64,000 nucleotides of DNA from a virus, in the IMG/VR virus record IMGVR_UViG_3300024264_000006, positions 64,001-128,000 of that record. One strand, written 5' to 3'. A program made the translations under genes and the position numbers. Shown here piece by piece: positions 34,070 through 44,428 of this stretch; within the stretch, counting starts at the first letter, position 1, and the number at the start of each line of letters is the position of its first letter. Under the pieces are notes generated by a model. The model had not been told where the DNA came from, searched no databases, and saw only the letters and a program-made list of their open reading frames with translations.

Positions 34070-35096
34070 CCATGTCTACTTGAGTAGGAAGACCAATCTG
34101 GTATTGCTTTTTCAGGAACTCAGCGAAGTCGGTGAATTCAAAGATTGGTGTCCAGAATTCTTCTTTGAGAGTTTCTGCTAACCGTACTTTCGGTTCAGAG
34201 ACCTCTCCGCTTTCCCTATCAACACGAGCATACCAACCATTGGAAGGTTTAATACAATAACCACCAGCAAGAGCAGCGTCCAACAAACCACTAAAACGCT
34301 CCACGCCACCATCCCAAGAAACAGAGATAGGGATTTTACTTTTCTCTTTAACATATCGAGACTTTTCAACATTAATGATGAAATCATATCCAGTAACCTC
34401 CGTACCAGTTTTATTCTGTCTGCGTCCAAGAATCCAGATGTTGTCTGCACTGTAGTAAATACCAGTACCACCACCTACGACATCTTTCGGAAACAAACCA
34501 ATTTCTTTATATGTATGGTTTACGGCCAACAAAGGAATATTTTTCATTGCAAGGTATGGAGTTGTCATACGGAACAGACCTTTCAGTGCCTTCGCACGTG
34601 ACATGTCTGCAACAGACTTCTCGTTGATTGCATCTTCAAGTTCTTTCTTAGATGCGAGGTTACCAATAGAATCAATAACCACAATAACATTGTCAGTTCT
34701 TTCCATAGATTCAAGTTGACTGATTAGGTCAAACTTAAGTTCTTCTACGTTTGTGATAGGAGTATGTAGAACCCGACTAGTGTCAATTCCAAACTGTGTG
34801 AAATAAGACTGGGGTGAACCAAACTCACTATCGTAAAATAGCATGACCGCATCTTTTTTCTCCCGTAGATAAGCACCCGCCATCAATAGGGCGAATGACG
34901 TTTTAAAGTGTTTACTAGGGCCTGCTAGTACAGTCAGGCCAGGCGTAACACCACCATCGATTGATCCCGACAATGCCACATTAACCATTGGCACATCGGT
35001 GGTCACCATATCTTTTTCAGTAAAGAATTTACTCTCCGACAGTACTTCCGTTGCCTTGATCTTTGAGTTCTTCCTCAGTTTGTCCATCACGCTCAT
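34041..35096 (-). CDS. uvsX: RecA-like recombinase UvsX
   Basis: AGPSKHFKT, YDSEFG, DSIGNLAS, DMSRAK, EKSRYVKEK; GGAG SD before MSVMDKL. Confidence 0.95.
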   Translation of the reverse strand: MSVMDKLRKNSKIKATEVLSESKFFTEKDMVTTDVPMVNVALSGSIDGGVTPGLTVLAGPSKHFKTSFALLMAGAYLREKKDAVMLFYDSEFGSPQSYFTQFGIDTSRVLHTPITNVEELKFDLISQLESMERTDNVIVVIDSIGNLASKKELEDAINEKSVADMSRAKALKGLFRMTTPYLAMKNIPLLAVNHTYKEIGLFPKDVVGGGTGIYYSADNIWILGRRQNKTGTEVTGYDFIINVEKSRYVKEKSKIPISVSWDGGVERFSGLLDAALAGGYCIKPSNGWYARVDRESGEVSEPKVRLAETLKEEFWTPIFEFTDFAEFLKKQYQIGLPTQVDMDEIAEYAEA

Positions 35097-36069
35097 TATC
35101 ATCTCCAAATGTAATATTATTAACTTTCTCTCTTTCATCCAACTCGTAGTGTCTACGATATCCAGAATTGATATCTAGAACTTTCTCTAACAAGTCAAAC
35201 GAAATAGTCTCACCAGCTTCATTCTTAAACTCAGAGAATTTAAGAAAAGCCATTGTGTCTTTAGGTAGACACGCACCACCAAACCCACGCTTCCTGTCAT
35301 AGCCAGGCACACGAGTGTGTCCAATACCTACACGAGGGTCATTACCCATTACACGTGTAATAATATTGTAACTACAACCAAACGCATTCACCAGATCAAA
35401 GAACTGGTTGAAAAACGTTACCTTGGTCGAAAGGTATGAATTGATTCCGTACTTCACAAAGGATGCCTCTGCGGCTGACATACGGTAATATTGATCCGAC
35501 TTACACAAACTGAAGATATCATAAATCTCTGTCAGTTCACCAGTGGCGTTTGGTGCACCACCCAATACATGGAACTCCGCATTCACGAATTGTTCCTCTG
35601 CGTTCTTCTCTGTGAGGAACTCAGGATTGTATACGAGTCTTTCCACACCATCTTCAAACATAGAGTTGTATAGTCTATCGATGATGTCTGGTGTGATTGT
35701 TGATTTAATAACAACCAACGCTTCGGTGTGTTCTATTAGTTTGAGTACCGCATCTTCTACAATAGACGCATCAACAAATCCAGATTCAGGATTCATTGGT
35801 GTTGGTGCACATACAAAAACACACATAGGACTGAACTCAACCATTGAGTCAATGTCCGTATCATACTTCGGGTCAACAATATGTAAGTCAACTAAAGGAT
35901 GACAGAATGCATACTCTACTGCACGACCAACAAAACCATGCCCTACAATACCCAAACGAAATGGGTTTGTTGGACTGATCGGTTTCTGTTTGTCCGCTGT
36001 TGTCAAACCATCGGTGTCGGTTAACCCCTTCGGTTTATATTGATCAAAATCATCTGCCATTTGTAACAT
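35029..36069 (-). CDS. UDP-glucose 6-dehydrogenase-like (lacks C-terminal domain)
   Basis: GHGFVG, PTP, IKST, NPEFL, GFGGACLPKD. Confidence 0.85.
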   Translation of the reverse strand: MLQMADDFDQYKPKGLTDTDGLTTADKQKPISPTNPFRLGIVGHGFVGRAVEYAFCHPLVDLHIVDPKYDTDIDSMVEFSPMCVFVCAPTPMNPESGFVDASIVEDAVLKLIEHTEALVVIKSTITPDIIDRLYNSMFEDGVERLVYNPEFLTEKNAEEQFVNAEFHVLGGAPNATGELTEIYDIFSLCKSDQYYRMSAAEASFVKYGINSYLSTKVTFFNQFFDLVNAFGCSYNIITRVMGNDPRVGIGHTRVPGYDRKRGFGGACLPKDTMAFLKFSEFKNEAGETISFDLLEKVLDINSGYRRHYELDEREKVNNITFGDDNERDGQTEEELKDQGNGSTVGE

Positions 36070-37090
36070 CTCCTATTTTCGGTATCCATTCGGCATACCA
36101 TTGATAAAAATTAGTAACACCGTGTTCTATTGACACCTTCGGTTTGTACCCGAATGCCTGAAGCTTTTCGGTGTTACTCCAAGTCTCTGTTGTATCAGCT
36201 GGGTGTTTAGGCACCATATTCATTATAGCTTTCTTGCCACAATTCTGTTCTATTGAATTAATAAAGTCCAATAGATTTACCTGTTCACCCCGTCCGATAT
36301 TGAATATTTCATTTGATTCAATTTTACCAGAGTCAAAGTTCTCCAACACAATCTCAATACCATCTAGGATATCTTCGATGTATGTGAAGTCTCGCTTCAT
36401 ATCCCCATAATTATACACGTCAATTGGTTCTCCGGCAAGTATTTTTTTCGTAAATTGAAAAAGAGCCATGTCCGGTCTGCCCCAAGGGCCGTATACAGTG
36501 AAGAATCTTAACCCAACATTTTCAATTCCGGATATCTTGAATTGACATTCATTTACATACTTGGTATAAGCATAAGCGTTGAGTTGGTGTGCCTGTACAT
36601 TATCTTCTTTCCATCCGTCTTCAGTGATAGGTGTACCACCATACACAGAACTAGTAGAGGCGTAAATTACTTTGGGTCTATCTTCGGGTTTCAACTGATT
36701 AATAAAATCGATCATACACTGAGTACCGTTGATATTGTTAGAGTGGTACTCACCCTCTTTACCAAAAGAATCCCTTACACCCGCATGAGCGGCTAGGTGA
36801 ATTATATAATCAAACCCATACTTGGTATCATCCGCTCTTCTATCGGGGTCTGCGATTGCTTGGTCTGAGTTAGTGAACACGTGATCCCACAGAGAATTAC
36901 TTCTGATATCAATCTCTGTCCAAGTTGGTAGTTTGAAATAATCTCTTCGTCTGACTTTAAGTCTATTTTTGTAAAGATGGTTGTTGAAGTTGTCAATCAT
37001 AATAACATCATGATTTGCCATAAGGCGATTGTGAAGTTGTGATCCAATAAACCCCGCTCCACCAGTTACTAATATTCTTTTTCTATCCAT
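36050..37090 (-). CDS. NAD-dependent epimerase (UDP-glucuronate 4-epimerase-like)
   Basis: TGGAGFIG, HLAAHAGVR, YAYTK, RFFTVYGPWGRPDMA. Confidence 0.9.
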   Translation of the reverse strand: MDRKRILVTGGAGFIGSQLHNRLMANHDVIMIDNFNNHLYKNRLKVRRRDYFKLPTWTEIDIRSNSLWDHVFTNSDQAIADPDRRADDTKYGFDYIIHLAAHAGVRDSFGKEGEYHSNNINGTQCMIDFINQLKPEDRPKVIYASTSSVYGGTPITEDGWKEDNVQAHQLNAYAYTKYVNECQFKISGIENVGLRFFTVYGPWGRPDMALFQFTKKILAGEPIDVYNYGDMKRDFTYIEDILDGIEIVLENFDSGKIESNEIFNIGRGEQVNLLDFINSIEQNCGKKAIMNMVPKHPADTTETWSNTEKLQAFGYKPKVSIEHGVTNFYQWYAEWIPKIGDVTNGR

Positions 37091-38052
37091 TATCCATTCC
37101 TATAAATGTATTCTAACGCTCTATCAGCCTCAACTGTAAGAGGTCTGTTCTCATACCAATTACCCGTGGAACTATCAAACTGTTTACACATGTTAGCAAT
37201 CTGTGTTGCTGTGATCGGGTATCCACTTTCCACTGCTCTGCCTGCTATAGCGACCATGATCTGATACATCTTGTGATACCAACCCGTACCAGTTATTTGT
37301 ATATATTCTGCCGCCAAAGATTTAGGCCAGAAGGGACAGTCGGAGTATCCAACCCAATTATAATTGATGTTTGTGAGTTGACTCTTTCGGTGTTCAATGA
37401 CTGCCTTTTGTAATTCTGGTGGTAATCTATCTAGGAAAGAATTACCTGTCTTCTCCACGTAGGGATTTTTTGCCATTAGTTCCGATACGTTAAGAGCATT
37501 ACCGCCATCATGGTTAAAGATAAAGTTGTTGGAATTAGGATATAAAGCTGGTACATAATACATTCTCGCAAGGTCTTTAGTCTGCGGGTCTCCAATCTCT
37601 CCAAGTTCTGTATTAAGGGAGTGCCAGAATGCTTTGATATTATCTCGTGCGATAGGTTCATCAGTTCTGAATACAATACGGAACTTAGCCATATCGTCCC
37701 TAGAACTAGCAGTACTATACACAACAAAATCCAACCCATGAAACTGATCAATTAGGGTCTCCTTTAAAAGTGATATGTCGTTAGGATATGCATGGTCATC
37801 CACATCAACAGCACACCAAGAACCCCAATGCAAAGTAGATCGATTACTACGAGTCGAACCGTCTTCGAAAACAGCAGGAGTAATAAGAGGACTAGAATTA
37901 TTTCCACCTTTCTCACCTTTTTGTTTAGACAAACCATATAACAAACTTACAAACTTGTCCCATGTATCTAGAGAGACACGCTTGTGAGTTTTGTTATCAA
38001 ACTGGTTTTTAAATATAGTTAATTCATACATGGGGTGTATCATATCATACAT
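37090..38052 (-). CDS. AEP/primase-polymerase-like protein
   Basis: AVDVDD, YSTASS..KFRIVF, D...RMYYVP, helical C-terminal domain. Confidence 0.6.
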   Translation of the reverse strand: MYDMIHPMYELTIFKNQFDNKTHKRVSLDTWDKFVSLLYGLSKQKGEKGGNNSSPLITPAVFEDGSTRSNRSTLHWGSWCAVDVDDHAYPNDISLLKETLIDQFHGLDFVVYSTASSRDDMAKFRIVFRTDEPIARDNIKAFWHSLNTELGEIGDPQTKDLARMYYVPALYPNSNNFIFNHDGGNALNVSELMAKNPYVEKTGNSFLDRLPPELQKAVIEHRKSQLTNINYNWVGYSDCPFWPKSLAAEYIQITGTGWYHKMYQIMVAIAGRAVESGYPITATQIANMCKQFDSSTGNWYENRPLTVEADRALEYIYRNG

Positions 38053-38440
38053 CTAGTGTGCCTGTCAAGTACTTATGCATACGCATTACAATGTCGGGGT
38101 CTTCCTTAAGATTACTTACTCCGGTGTTACACAAATGACACAACCAGCCTCTAAATTCTCCGGACTCATGATCATGATCCAAACACCAAGAAGTTCTGAC
38201 ATAACCACGTTCAACCTGAGACTGTATAGTGTCACCACATACCGGACAACTATAATCGTCGGGTGGAGAACTGTGTTGTCGTTTTAAAAACGAGAGTTGC
38301 TTGGTATGTCTTGACTTGCAAGACTTACACTTACTCCGGACATAGGTAGTGTCCATTGCAAACTCAGTGAGTGCCTTTACTTCTCTACACTCACTACACG
38401 TTCTTGTCTCCACCCATTCATCACCCCAAAGTGTGTTCAT
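38045..38440 (-). CDS. Endonuclease VII-family nuclease
   Basis: [29 protein letters not shown]. Confidence 0.8.
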   Translation of the reverse strand: MNTLWGDEWVETRTCSECREVKALTEFAMDTTYVRSKCKSCKSRHTKQLSFLKRQHSSPPDDYSCPVCGDTIQSQVERGYVRTSWCLDHDHESGEFRGWLCHLCNTGVSNLKEDPDIVMRMHKYLTGTLDV

Positions 38441-40920
38441 GCAAAGAAGTCATCCAAGTTGGCCTTGGGTTCTGCACTCCAACCTACCGCATCAAGGATA
38501 GGCGTTAACGGGTCAAGGAAAGTCTTATCAAACATCTTGTCGTAGTCTACGTATTCACCCAGACCCAGTTCCTTCGGTAGATTCAGGGGAAACGCAATGA
38601 CGTTTTCTGATAGACGGTTGGGCATCTTCAGGTAGACAAACTTGATCTTCTCACCATTCTGCACCAATACGTAACGTCTTTCCAGTGCATTCTTCTTGAT
38701 CGCATTGTTGTAAACAATCGCACCACGAACATGAATCGGTGTACCCTTCTTATAGACGGTGTATCGATCAACCCACTTGATTACGTCCGACACGCCACGT
38801 GGAAATGAGATATCCTCGACGGGTAGTCTGCGGAAGTCAGTACGGAACTCACGAATAAACTGTTGAGTATCATCCTCGCTTTTCTCCACGATCACACGGA
38901 AGATTTCTTGGAACTTGTCACGAACGATCTGTGGTGTGGATGACTTGATCGCTTCGATACCCATCATCTTGAGTTTGGGTTTTGCGTACTGGACACCCTC
39001 ATTATTGTGGACATTCAAGATGTATCGTTTCTTCGCCATCCAGATACCACGGTCTGCGATTACCTCACGTCCCATCTCCATACGATTGGTGTAAGCACAA
39101 GTCATGTCCGCAAGTTGTTGGTACGCCTTGTCAAGTACAGGTTCGAAATGTTCAGAACAAATCTTGTCCAGAAACTTTACAGGATTCTTGGGAGAAAAAT
39201 GATCAACGAGATTCCCCATCCTAATATAAACAGAATCGGTGTCAATTGCCACAACATAGTCTTCGTCTGTGTTGAGAAGTTTTTGCATCTCATTGTTAAC
39301 GGCCCTCTCCGCCCACTTGATTGCGAGTTGTCCCGCAAGAGTAATAGACTCTGCAACACGTTGGTCAAAGTATCGAAACCATCGATTACCCAACGCACCG
39401 TAGAGTGAGTTCATTAGAATCTTGATCGCCATCTGTTGGTTATTCAGGGCGGTGATCTTGTTGTCCAGTTCCTTGGTGTCACCGGATTGTTGTTCTTGTT
39501 GCAAGCGCAACATCTCTTTCTTGATGATTTTACGTTCATCATAGTACTGTCGAATCACACTAGGAATCACACCCTCTTTCTCGTGCGAGAATTTGATTCC
39601 GGTAGGTGCGACAGAGAAACCACTGTTCTCTACATTCACACTACCATCCAAGTACCCGTCAACACTTATATCGTTGTAGAACCCATCTAGGACGGTCTCA
39701 GGGGACATATTGTACTGTACAATGATGTTTGGGTACAGACTGTTCAAGTCGAATGATGTAACCCAATCATGGGAACCTACTTGAGGTTCCTTGACGTAAC
39801 CGCCAGGATATGAGGTCTTAGGTTTCTCTACCCTCGGTGGTGGACATATCTTACGTTCATTCAGGATACGATAGATGATTGTGTCCCAGATGTTTGTGGT
39901 TCCAAGTGTGTCGTTGTAGTTCACACCACCACGATAGGCCATGGTCAACACGAGAGATATCAGGTCGAGTTTCTCATCCAGTTTCTCTACGAGTTGTACG
40001 TCCTTGATATTGTAGTCGATGAACTTTTGGAAGTCAGACTTGTACAGGGTGTACAGTGAACCATGTTCCTCGTAGGAAAGTTTACCTTCACCCAATACCA
40101 CGTGACCAATATGATCCAGTCGGTAGGACTCTTGTTGACCCAAGGTGTTGTACGTAAACTTCCGGAAGATTTCTAGGTAGTCGAGTTGTTCGATGCCTTC
40201 CAGTTTGTATTCTTGTTGTTTCTTGCCGTTAATGGTGGCGTTACCTTCACGTATCAGACCCCACGGTGATAGTTTCTTGGCCATGTCTGCACCGATAGTC
40301 TTACTGATACGGTTGACCAAGTACGGGATATCGAAGAACCTCGTGTTCCATCCGGTCACAATGTCAGGTTGATTGCGAGACCAGTGATCAACAAACTTCA
40401 TCAACAGTGATGCTTCGGATTCACACTTCTCGTAGATGGTGTCTTCACGTGGTTCATAGTCGTACAGACCCCAGACCCGATACGGGCCGTTGGGTGACTT
40501 GAGACTGATAGAGATTACTGGATGGTCTGCCTTGTCAGGTACAGGGAACCCCTCATCGGATGCCACCTCAATGTCAATGGTGCAGACATCCACCCACTCA
40601 CGTTTGAATTGAATAGGAGTTGGGAACATCTCCGCAATGAACTGAGACACAAAGTTGTTCATGCCGTAGATTTTGAAGTTGGGGATATCGTCGTATCGCT
40701 TCTGGAACTCAGTCGCCTCTTTCATGGAGTCAAACTTCATAGGTTCTACGGACACACCATCGATGCCCTTCCACTCCGAAATGTTTTTGTCGGACTGGAC
40801 AAACAACGTAGGTTTGTAGGGAATTTTGGTTTGGATTTTCTTGCCGTTCTCGGCATATCCACGGAAGAGGATATTGTTACCGTAACGAACAACAGAAGTG
40901 TAAAACATTGGTTGATTCAT
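38437..40920 (-). CDS. 43: Family B DNA polymerase gp43
   Basis: [31 protein letters not shown]. Confidence 0.97.
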   Translation of the reverse strand: MNQPMFYTSVVRYGNNILFRGYAENGKKIQTKIPYKPTLFVQSDKNISEWKGIDGVSVEPMKFDSMKEATEFQKRYDDIPNFKIYGMNNFVSQFIAEMFPTPIQFKREWVDVCTIDIEVASDEGFPVPDKADHPVISISLKSPNGPYRVWGLYDYEPREDTIYEKCESEASLLMKFVDHWSRNQPDIVTGWNTRFFDIPYLVNRISKTIGADMAKKLSPWGLIREGNATINGKKQQEYKLEGIEQLDYLEIFRKFTYNTLGQQESYRLDHIGHVVLGEGKLSYEEHGSLYTLYKSDFQKFIDYNIKDVQLVEKLDEKLDLISLVLTMAYRGGVNYNDTLGTTNIWDTIIYRILNERKICPPPRVEKPKTSYPGGYVKEPQVGSHDWVTSFDLNSLYPNIIVQYNMSPETVLDGFYNDISVDGYLDGSVNVENSGFSVAPTGIKFSHEKEGVIPSVIRQYYDERKIIKKEMLRLQQEQQSGDTKELDNKITALNNQQMAIKILMNSLYGALGNRWFRYFDQRVAESITLAGQLAIKWAERAVNNEMQKLLNTDEDYVVAIDTDSVYIRMGNLVDHFSPKNPVKFLDKICSEHFEPVLDKAYQQLADMTCAYTNRMEMGREVIADRGIWMAKKRYILNVHNNEGVQYAKPKLKMMGIEAIKSSTPQIVRDKFQEIFRVIVEKSEDDTQQFIREFRTDFRRLPVEDISFPRGVSDVIKWVDRYTVYKKGTPIHVRGAIVYNNAIKKNALERRYVLVQNGEKIKFVYLKMPNRLSENVIAFPLNLPKELGLGEYVDYDKMFDKTFLDPLTPILDAVGWSAEPKANLDDFFA

Positions 40921-40946
40921 ATATGCGCCTTTTTCAGTATCCGTGT

Positions 40947-40975
40947 ATTATACATGGATCAGAACGGGTTGTCAA
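40947..40975 (-). promoter_or_regulatory. Consensus sigma70 promoter of gene 43
   Basis: TTGACA-N17-TATAAT. Confidence 0.85.
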
Positions 40976-41784
40976 GTTAAAATTTTGAAGTTGCGAGATC
41001 GTGTCCAAGGTTCCTTAATGTATTTTTCTGGGTATCCATGATGGTCTTGAGTGACCGCCAACTCTTTAGATACTACTTGAGTAGTTGGGTTCTTGACGGA
41101 GTCATCCGGATTTGGGTCGGGATAATTGTAGGCCGTGAAGATATCTCTCCCAAAATAAAGAGTACTACAATTGGCATAAGGATGAATGCAGATATTTTCT
41201 TTTCCAAAGTAATCACGTTTGCTCAGGTAGTGTGTTATGTAATTTTTAAAAAGTCTTTCCATGATACCGTATGGGCCACCGTTGATCCAGAATGCTTGTT
41301 CTGATAACAACTGATACATCCACTTAGCACAATGTGGAGATAACTGATAACATCCCATAAACAAACCTATGTTTGCGTAGTCAATGTTCTTATCAACAAT
41401 ATACTTTAGTAGCTTACGAAATTCATTTGAATGATGTGAACCTTCCCAAAGATACGAGTCATGTTCCATAACCAAGAATCTTTCTTCCGACTCTCCCTGT
41501 TGTCTCATCAACTCCCAGTGAGAACACATACCAGCTTTCTCTGTTGGGGAATGATCGTCGGGTTGACTACCTGCCAAATCGACTTTTGCCAAAGAAGGTA
41601 ACCAATTATACCTCGCACTTATTTGTGTGAATTCAGGATGGTCGGGTGTTATCGCATCGAAGGTTTCAAACTCAATAGTCTCATCATCTATTAATCGTTG
41701 AAAAGACAGTCTAGAAATTTCTGCATACGACTCTGAACGATCATCATCTTTTATAACAATTTGTTTTACTTTCATATCACACAC
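40972..41784 (-). CDS. Glycosyltransferase family 25-like protein
   Basis: FDAITP, E.AG..SH..L, LVMEHD. Confidence 0.65.
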   Translation of the reverse strand: MCDMKVKQIVIKDDDRSESYAEISRLSFQRLIDDETIEFETFDAITPDHPEFTQISARYNWLPSLAKVDLAGSQPDDHSPTEKAGMCSHWELMRQQGESEERFLVMEHDSYLWEGSHHSNEFRKLLKYIVDKNIDYANIGLFMGCYQLSPHCAKWMYQLLSEQAFWINGGPYGIMERLFKNYITHYLSKRDYFGKENICIHPYANCSTLYFGRDIFTAYNYPDPNPDDSVKNPTTQVVSKELAVTQDHHGYPEKYIKEPWTRSRNFKILT

Positions 41785-41789
41785 TAATA

Positions 41790-41812
41790 TGGGGGTGGCG
41801 AACCACCCCCAA
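41790..41812 (-). terminator. Strong hairpin (terminator or stabiliser) after the hsp20 unit
   Basis: GGGGGTGG-TTCG-CCACCCCC; weak U tract. Confidence 0.55.
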
Positions 41813-41820
41813 TAGGTAGT

Positions 41821-41913
41821 TTAGAGTAATGGTAAGAATGCGAACCACACACATGTTGCAAACATGCCCGTGACTACAAACTCACCAACCCGTTCAAATA
41901 GGTCAGTTTTCAT
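41821..41913 (-). CDS. 30-aa membrane peptide (not in ORF track)
   Basis: MKTDLFERVGEFVVTGMFATCVWFAFLPLL*; GAGGAG SD. Confidence 0.7.
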   Translation of the reverse strand: MKTDLFERVGEFVVTGMFATCVWFAFLPLL

Positions 41914-41932
41914 GATCTTCTCCTCGTTAGAT

Positions 41933-42361
41933 TTATAAAATATCGATCTTACGAGGTCTCTTCTCTTCCGGAAGTTCAAACTTCAACTGAACGGACAGAA
42001 TTCCATCCTTGAGAGAAGCACCGTCAACATAGACGTACTCTGACAGTCGGAACACCCTCTTGAACTTCTTCTGCGAGATACCTTTATGAATGTACGTAAC
42101 ATCATCTCCATCTTCCCCAGACTTTGATTTTTCACCTTTTACAGTGAGAGTACGTTCATCCTGTTCGATCTCCAGATCGTCCAGAGTAAATCCAGCTACT
42201 GCGATTTCGATTTGATAATCGTCCTCAGTAACCTTCACAACATTGTGTGGAGGATATGTATCAGTGGCGTGTTTGGCAACCCAATCAAGTTCTTGAAACA
42301 GGTGGTCAAAACCCACAAACGAAGAGCGTGGAAATAGTGTATTAGCTTTAAGATTAGTCAT
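41933..42361 (-). CDS. Small heat-shock protein Hsp20 (IbpA-like)
   Basis: GFDHLF, YPPHN, IAVAGF, HKGIS..F.R.F.L, DGILSV, PEEKRPRKI. Confidence 0.95.
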   Translation of the reverse strand: MTNLKANTLFPRSSFVGFDHLFQELDWVAKHATDTYPPHNVVKVTEDDYQIEIAVAGFTLDDLEIEQDERTLTVKGEKSKSGEDGDDVTYIHKGISQKKFKRVFRLSEYVYVDGASLKDGILSVQLKFELPEEKRPRKIDIL

Positions 42362-42420
42362 TTGTTTTCTCCTTTTTTAAAGCAAGATTAAATATGAACC
42401 GGAACCATTCCGCATTCACG
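42362..42420 (-). promoter_or_regulatory. ROSE-like RNA thermometer in the hsp20 5' UTR
   Basis: UCUUGCUUU-AAAA-AAGGAGA hairpin pairing UUGCU with the SD. Confidence 0.65.
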
Positions 42421-42477
42421 TTACTATATATACTAAATAGTATTGCAAACTATAACACATTTAAGGATTATTTGGCA

Positions 42478-42816
42478 ATGACTGATTATAAATTTGATCA
42501 AGACACAGCACCTAGTAACGGTGATGTATTGACGTGGAATGCAACTGCAAATCGCATTAAGTGGACTTCTCTTCCTTCCGACTCGACACTGGCATCTACC
42601 ATTATAAAAATTCCAAATGGTGCGGGGGAGGGTGGAACTCCGGTAATATATAGTACCCCAGCTGGTTCTTATATTGGTGGCCACGGCACCTTGTCTGGTG
42701 GTGGATTATCTACTGTTACTATGGCTGAAGGTGTGATTTATGGCCCTACCAGCGGCGCTGATATTTCAATAAGCGGAACAGAAGGCGAATACTTTATTCT
42801 GTCTAAACCCGTCTAG
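42478..42816 (+). CDS. Small fibre-like structural protein, opposite orientation
   Basis: PSNGDVLTWNA motif, G/T/S rich; AAGGA SD; CTAAATA late-like element upstream. Confidence 0.55.
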   Translation: MTDYKFDQDTAPSNGDVLTWNATANRIKWTSLPSDSTLASTIIKIPNGAGEGGTPVIYSTPAGSYIGGHGTLSGGGLSTVTMAEGVIYGPTSGADISISGTEGEYFILSKPV

Positions 42817-43373
42817 AAATAGACTGAAGGGTCTGGGTCTCCCTCAACACCGAAACTAAATGTCGCACGTGATATACGTGGGAATATTTGGTGGTGTGTG
42901 CCACGTGGTAGGTAAACATAATCGCCGGGATGGAAGTCGAATTCTTCGTTGTTATTCACTCCCTCAACACGTATACCGATAGTAGAGATTACCTGTACCA
43001 AGAAAACATCCATACTGTCTTTATGCCATGGGTAACTATCAGATTCTTGGCCAAACCCAGTAAATGCAATGTTGGTTATGCTTCTTTTGTTACCATGCAG
43101 TGAAAAGAAGTCTTCAATCTGTTCTTGAATTTCTTTCGCAAAATCAGGTGCGGAAGGTCTGCCATGAAAGACATTGAGTCCGATCCTAAACTTACTTGAG
43201 TTAGAGTCAACCTTTTCTAGTGGATGAGTATCCAACATATCCATATGTCGGTTCCAGTCGTAATTCTCAACAACGTCCTTTGGTAAACTACCAAAGAAAG
43301 GCGTCTTGGAGGCTACATTGTCTTCTTGTCCTTCAAATAGTTTTGGTATCATGAAAATCTCTTTTGTAGCCAT
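42813..43373 (-). CDS. JmjC/cupin-4-like oxygenase
   Basis: WHKDSMDVFLVQ, PGDYVYLPRGTHH. Confidence 0.75.
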   Translation of the reverse strand: MATKEIFMIPKLFEGQEDNVASKTPFFGSLPKDVVENYDWNRHMDMLDTHPLEKVDSNSSKFRIGLNVFHGRPSAPDFAKEIQEQIEDFFSLHGNKRSITNIAFTGFGQESDSYPWHKDSMDVFLVQVISTIGIRVEGVNNNEEFDFHPGDYVYLPRGTHHQIFPRISRATFSFGVEGDPDPSVYF

Positions 43374-43636
43374 TTAAACAGAGCGTATATACTCAATCCA
43401 TAAAAGGCCAACACACTCATAGGTAAAGCGATATAGGCAAGTTCCCACGGACTTAGGAACAATACCTGCCATGTAAAATCTGCGATTGCCTGTCCGTCAC
43501 CGGATAACTCAGGCACAACATCTACGTTTTCGGAAAATTCTTGTTGAAGGTCTAATTCATATTCACGTATGAATAGACTCCACTCCTGTTCGGAAAAGCA
43601 TATATGGTTTTCTTTACACCACTCCTTTTCCACCAC
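43349..43636 (-). CDS. Hypothetical membrane protein
   Basis: C-terminal hydrophobic segment. Confidence 0.55.
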   Translation of the reverse strand: MVEKEWCKENHICFSEQEWSLFIREYELDLQQEFSENVDVVPELSGDGQAIADFTWQVLFLSPWELAYIALPMSVLAFYGLSIYALFKWLQKRFS

Positions 43637-43638
43637 GG

Positions 43639-44049
43639 TTACTTGTTTCCGATATTATATTTTGGACAAAGTTCCCATTGATCCTTATCCTTAAATCCAA
43701 TAATTTTAATTTGACGCATAGGCGCACAGTCTTCTGCAACTTCCTTGTTATGGATTTCTACCAGACCCCAGTCTGCTAATAGAGTTGCGATAGTGTTGCG
43801 TCTTTGTACATCCGATAATTCTAAGTTAGACTTCTTACCGTCCAACATGAATAGTTCTTTGAAGTGTACAATGAAGTATCTTCCTTGTTTATGCAAGATA
43901 TGACAAGATTGAAATAACTTGTTCTCTTTACGAGAAGCTACTCCGATTCTTGTTAGGGTTTCTCTCACTTTCAAAAAATCATCTGGTTCTGCCAGAATGA
44001 CTTCCAACATCTTTGCCGGATTCCATTCAACAATATTATTTTCTTCCAC
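43639..44049 (-). CDS. regA: Translational repressor RegA
   Basis: DDFLKVRETLTRIG, QSCHILHKQGRYFIVHFKE. Confidence 0.96.
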   Translation of the reverse strand: MEENNIVEWNPAKMLEVILAEPDDFLKVRETLTRIGVASRKENKLFQSCHILHKQGRYFIVHFKELFMLDGKKSNLELSDVQRRNTIATLLADWGLVEIHNKEVAEDCAPMRQIKIIGFKDKDQWELCPKYNIGNK

Positions 44050-44428
44050 CTTTATTCACCTTATTTTTTATAAATTCAATTTGTTCGGAAGATAGTAGAG
44101 ATACCACTTGGCGGGCTTTTTCATTGCTATAGCCATAATACTCTTTTATCACTTCCACGTTCTTTTCAACATCAGGTTTTACCCATTTGGAGAAACGTTT
44201 CCGTTTCCTAATGATATTTATAAAAAAATCATATTGTAGACGGTTGTCTATATAGTGGTGAATATTCATGGCATTCGCCAATGAAACTGTGTCTTGGAAG
44301 TAAGATAGGGTACGATTTACCACAAAGGGTACGTACTGTTTTTCTTCGTCTGTTCCTTCCATGAGGTTTTTCTTGTTAGTGTTGATACTATTCAAGAAAT
44401 CAAATGGACTAATTTTCTGTCCAGCCAT
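44036..44428 (-). CDS. 62: Clamp loader small subunit gp62
   Basis: Y.PF.VNR.LS, QYDF, RKRFSKW, YYGYSNEKA; start taken at MAGQK. Confidence 0.92.
   Translation of the reverse strand: MAGQKISPFDFLNSINTNKKNLMEGTDEEKQYVPFVVNRTLSYFQDTVSLANAMNIHHYIDNRLQYDFFINIIRKRKRFSKWVKPDVEKNVEVIKEYYGYSNEKARQVVSLLSSEQIEFIKNKVNKGGRK

Noticed and set aside
5798-40920. Introns or inteins in nrdA, nrdB, thyX, gene 41, uvsX or gene 43
   Set aside because: All are continuous and of normal length, with no splice or intein motifs
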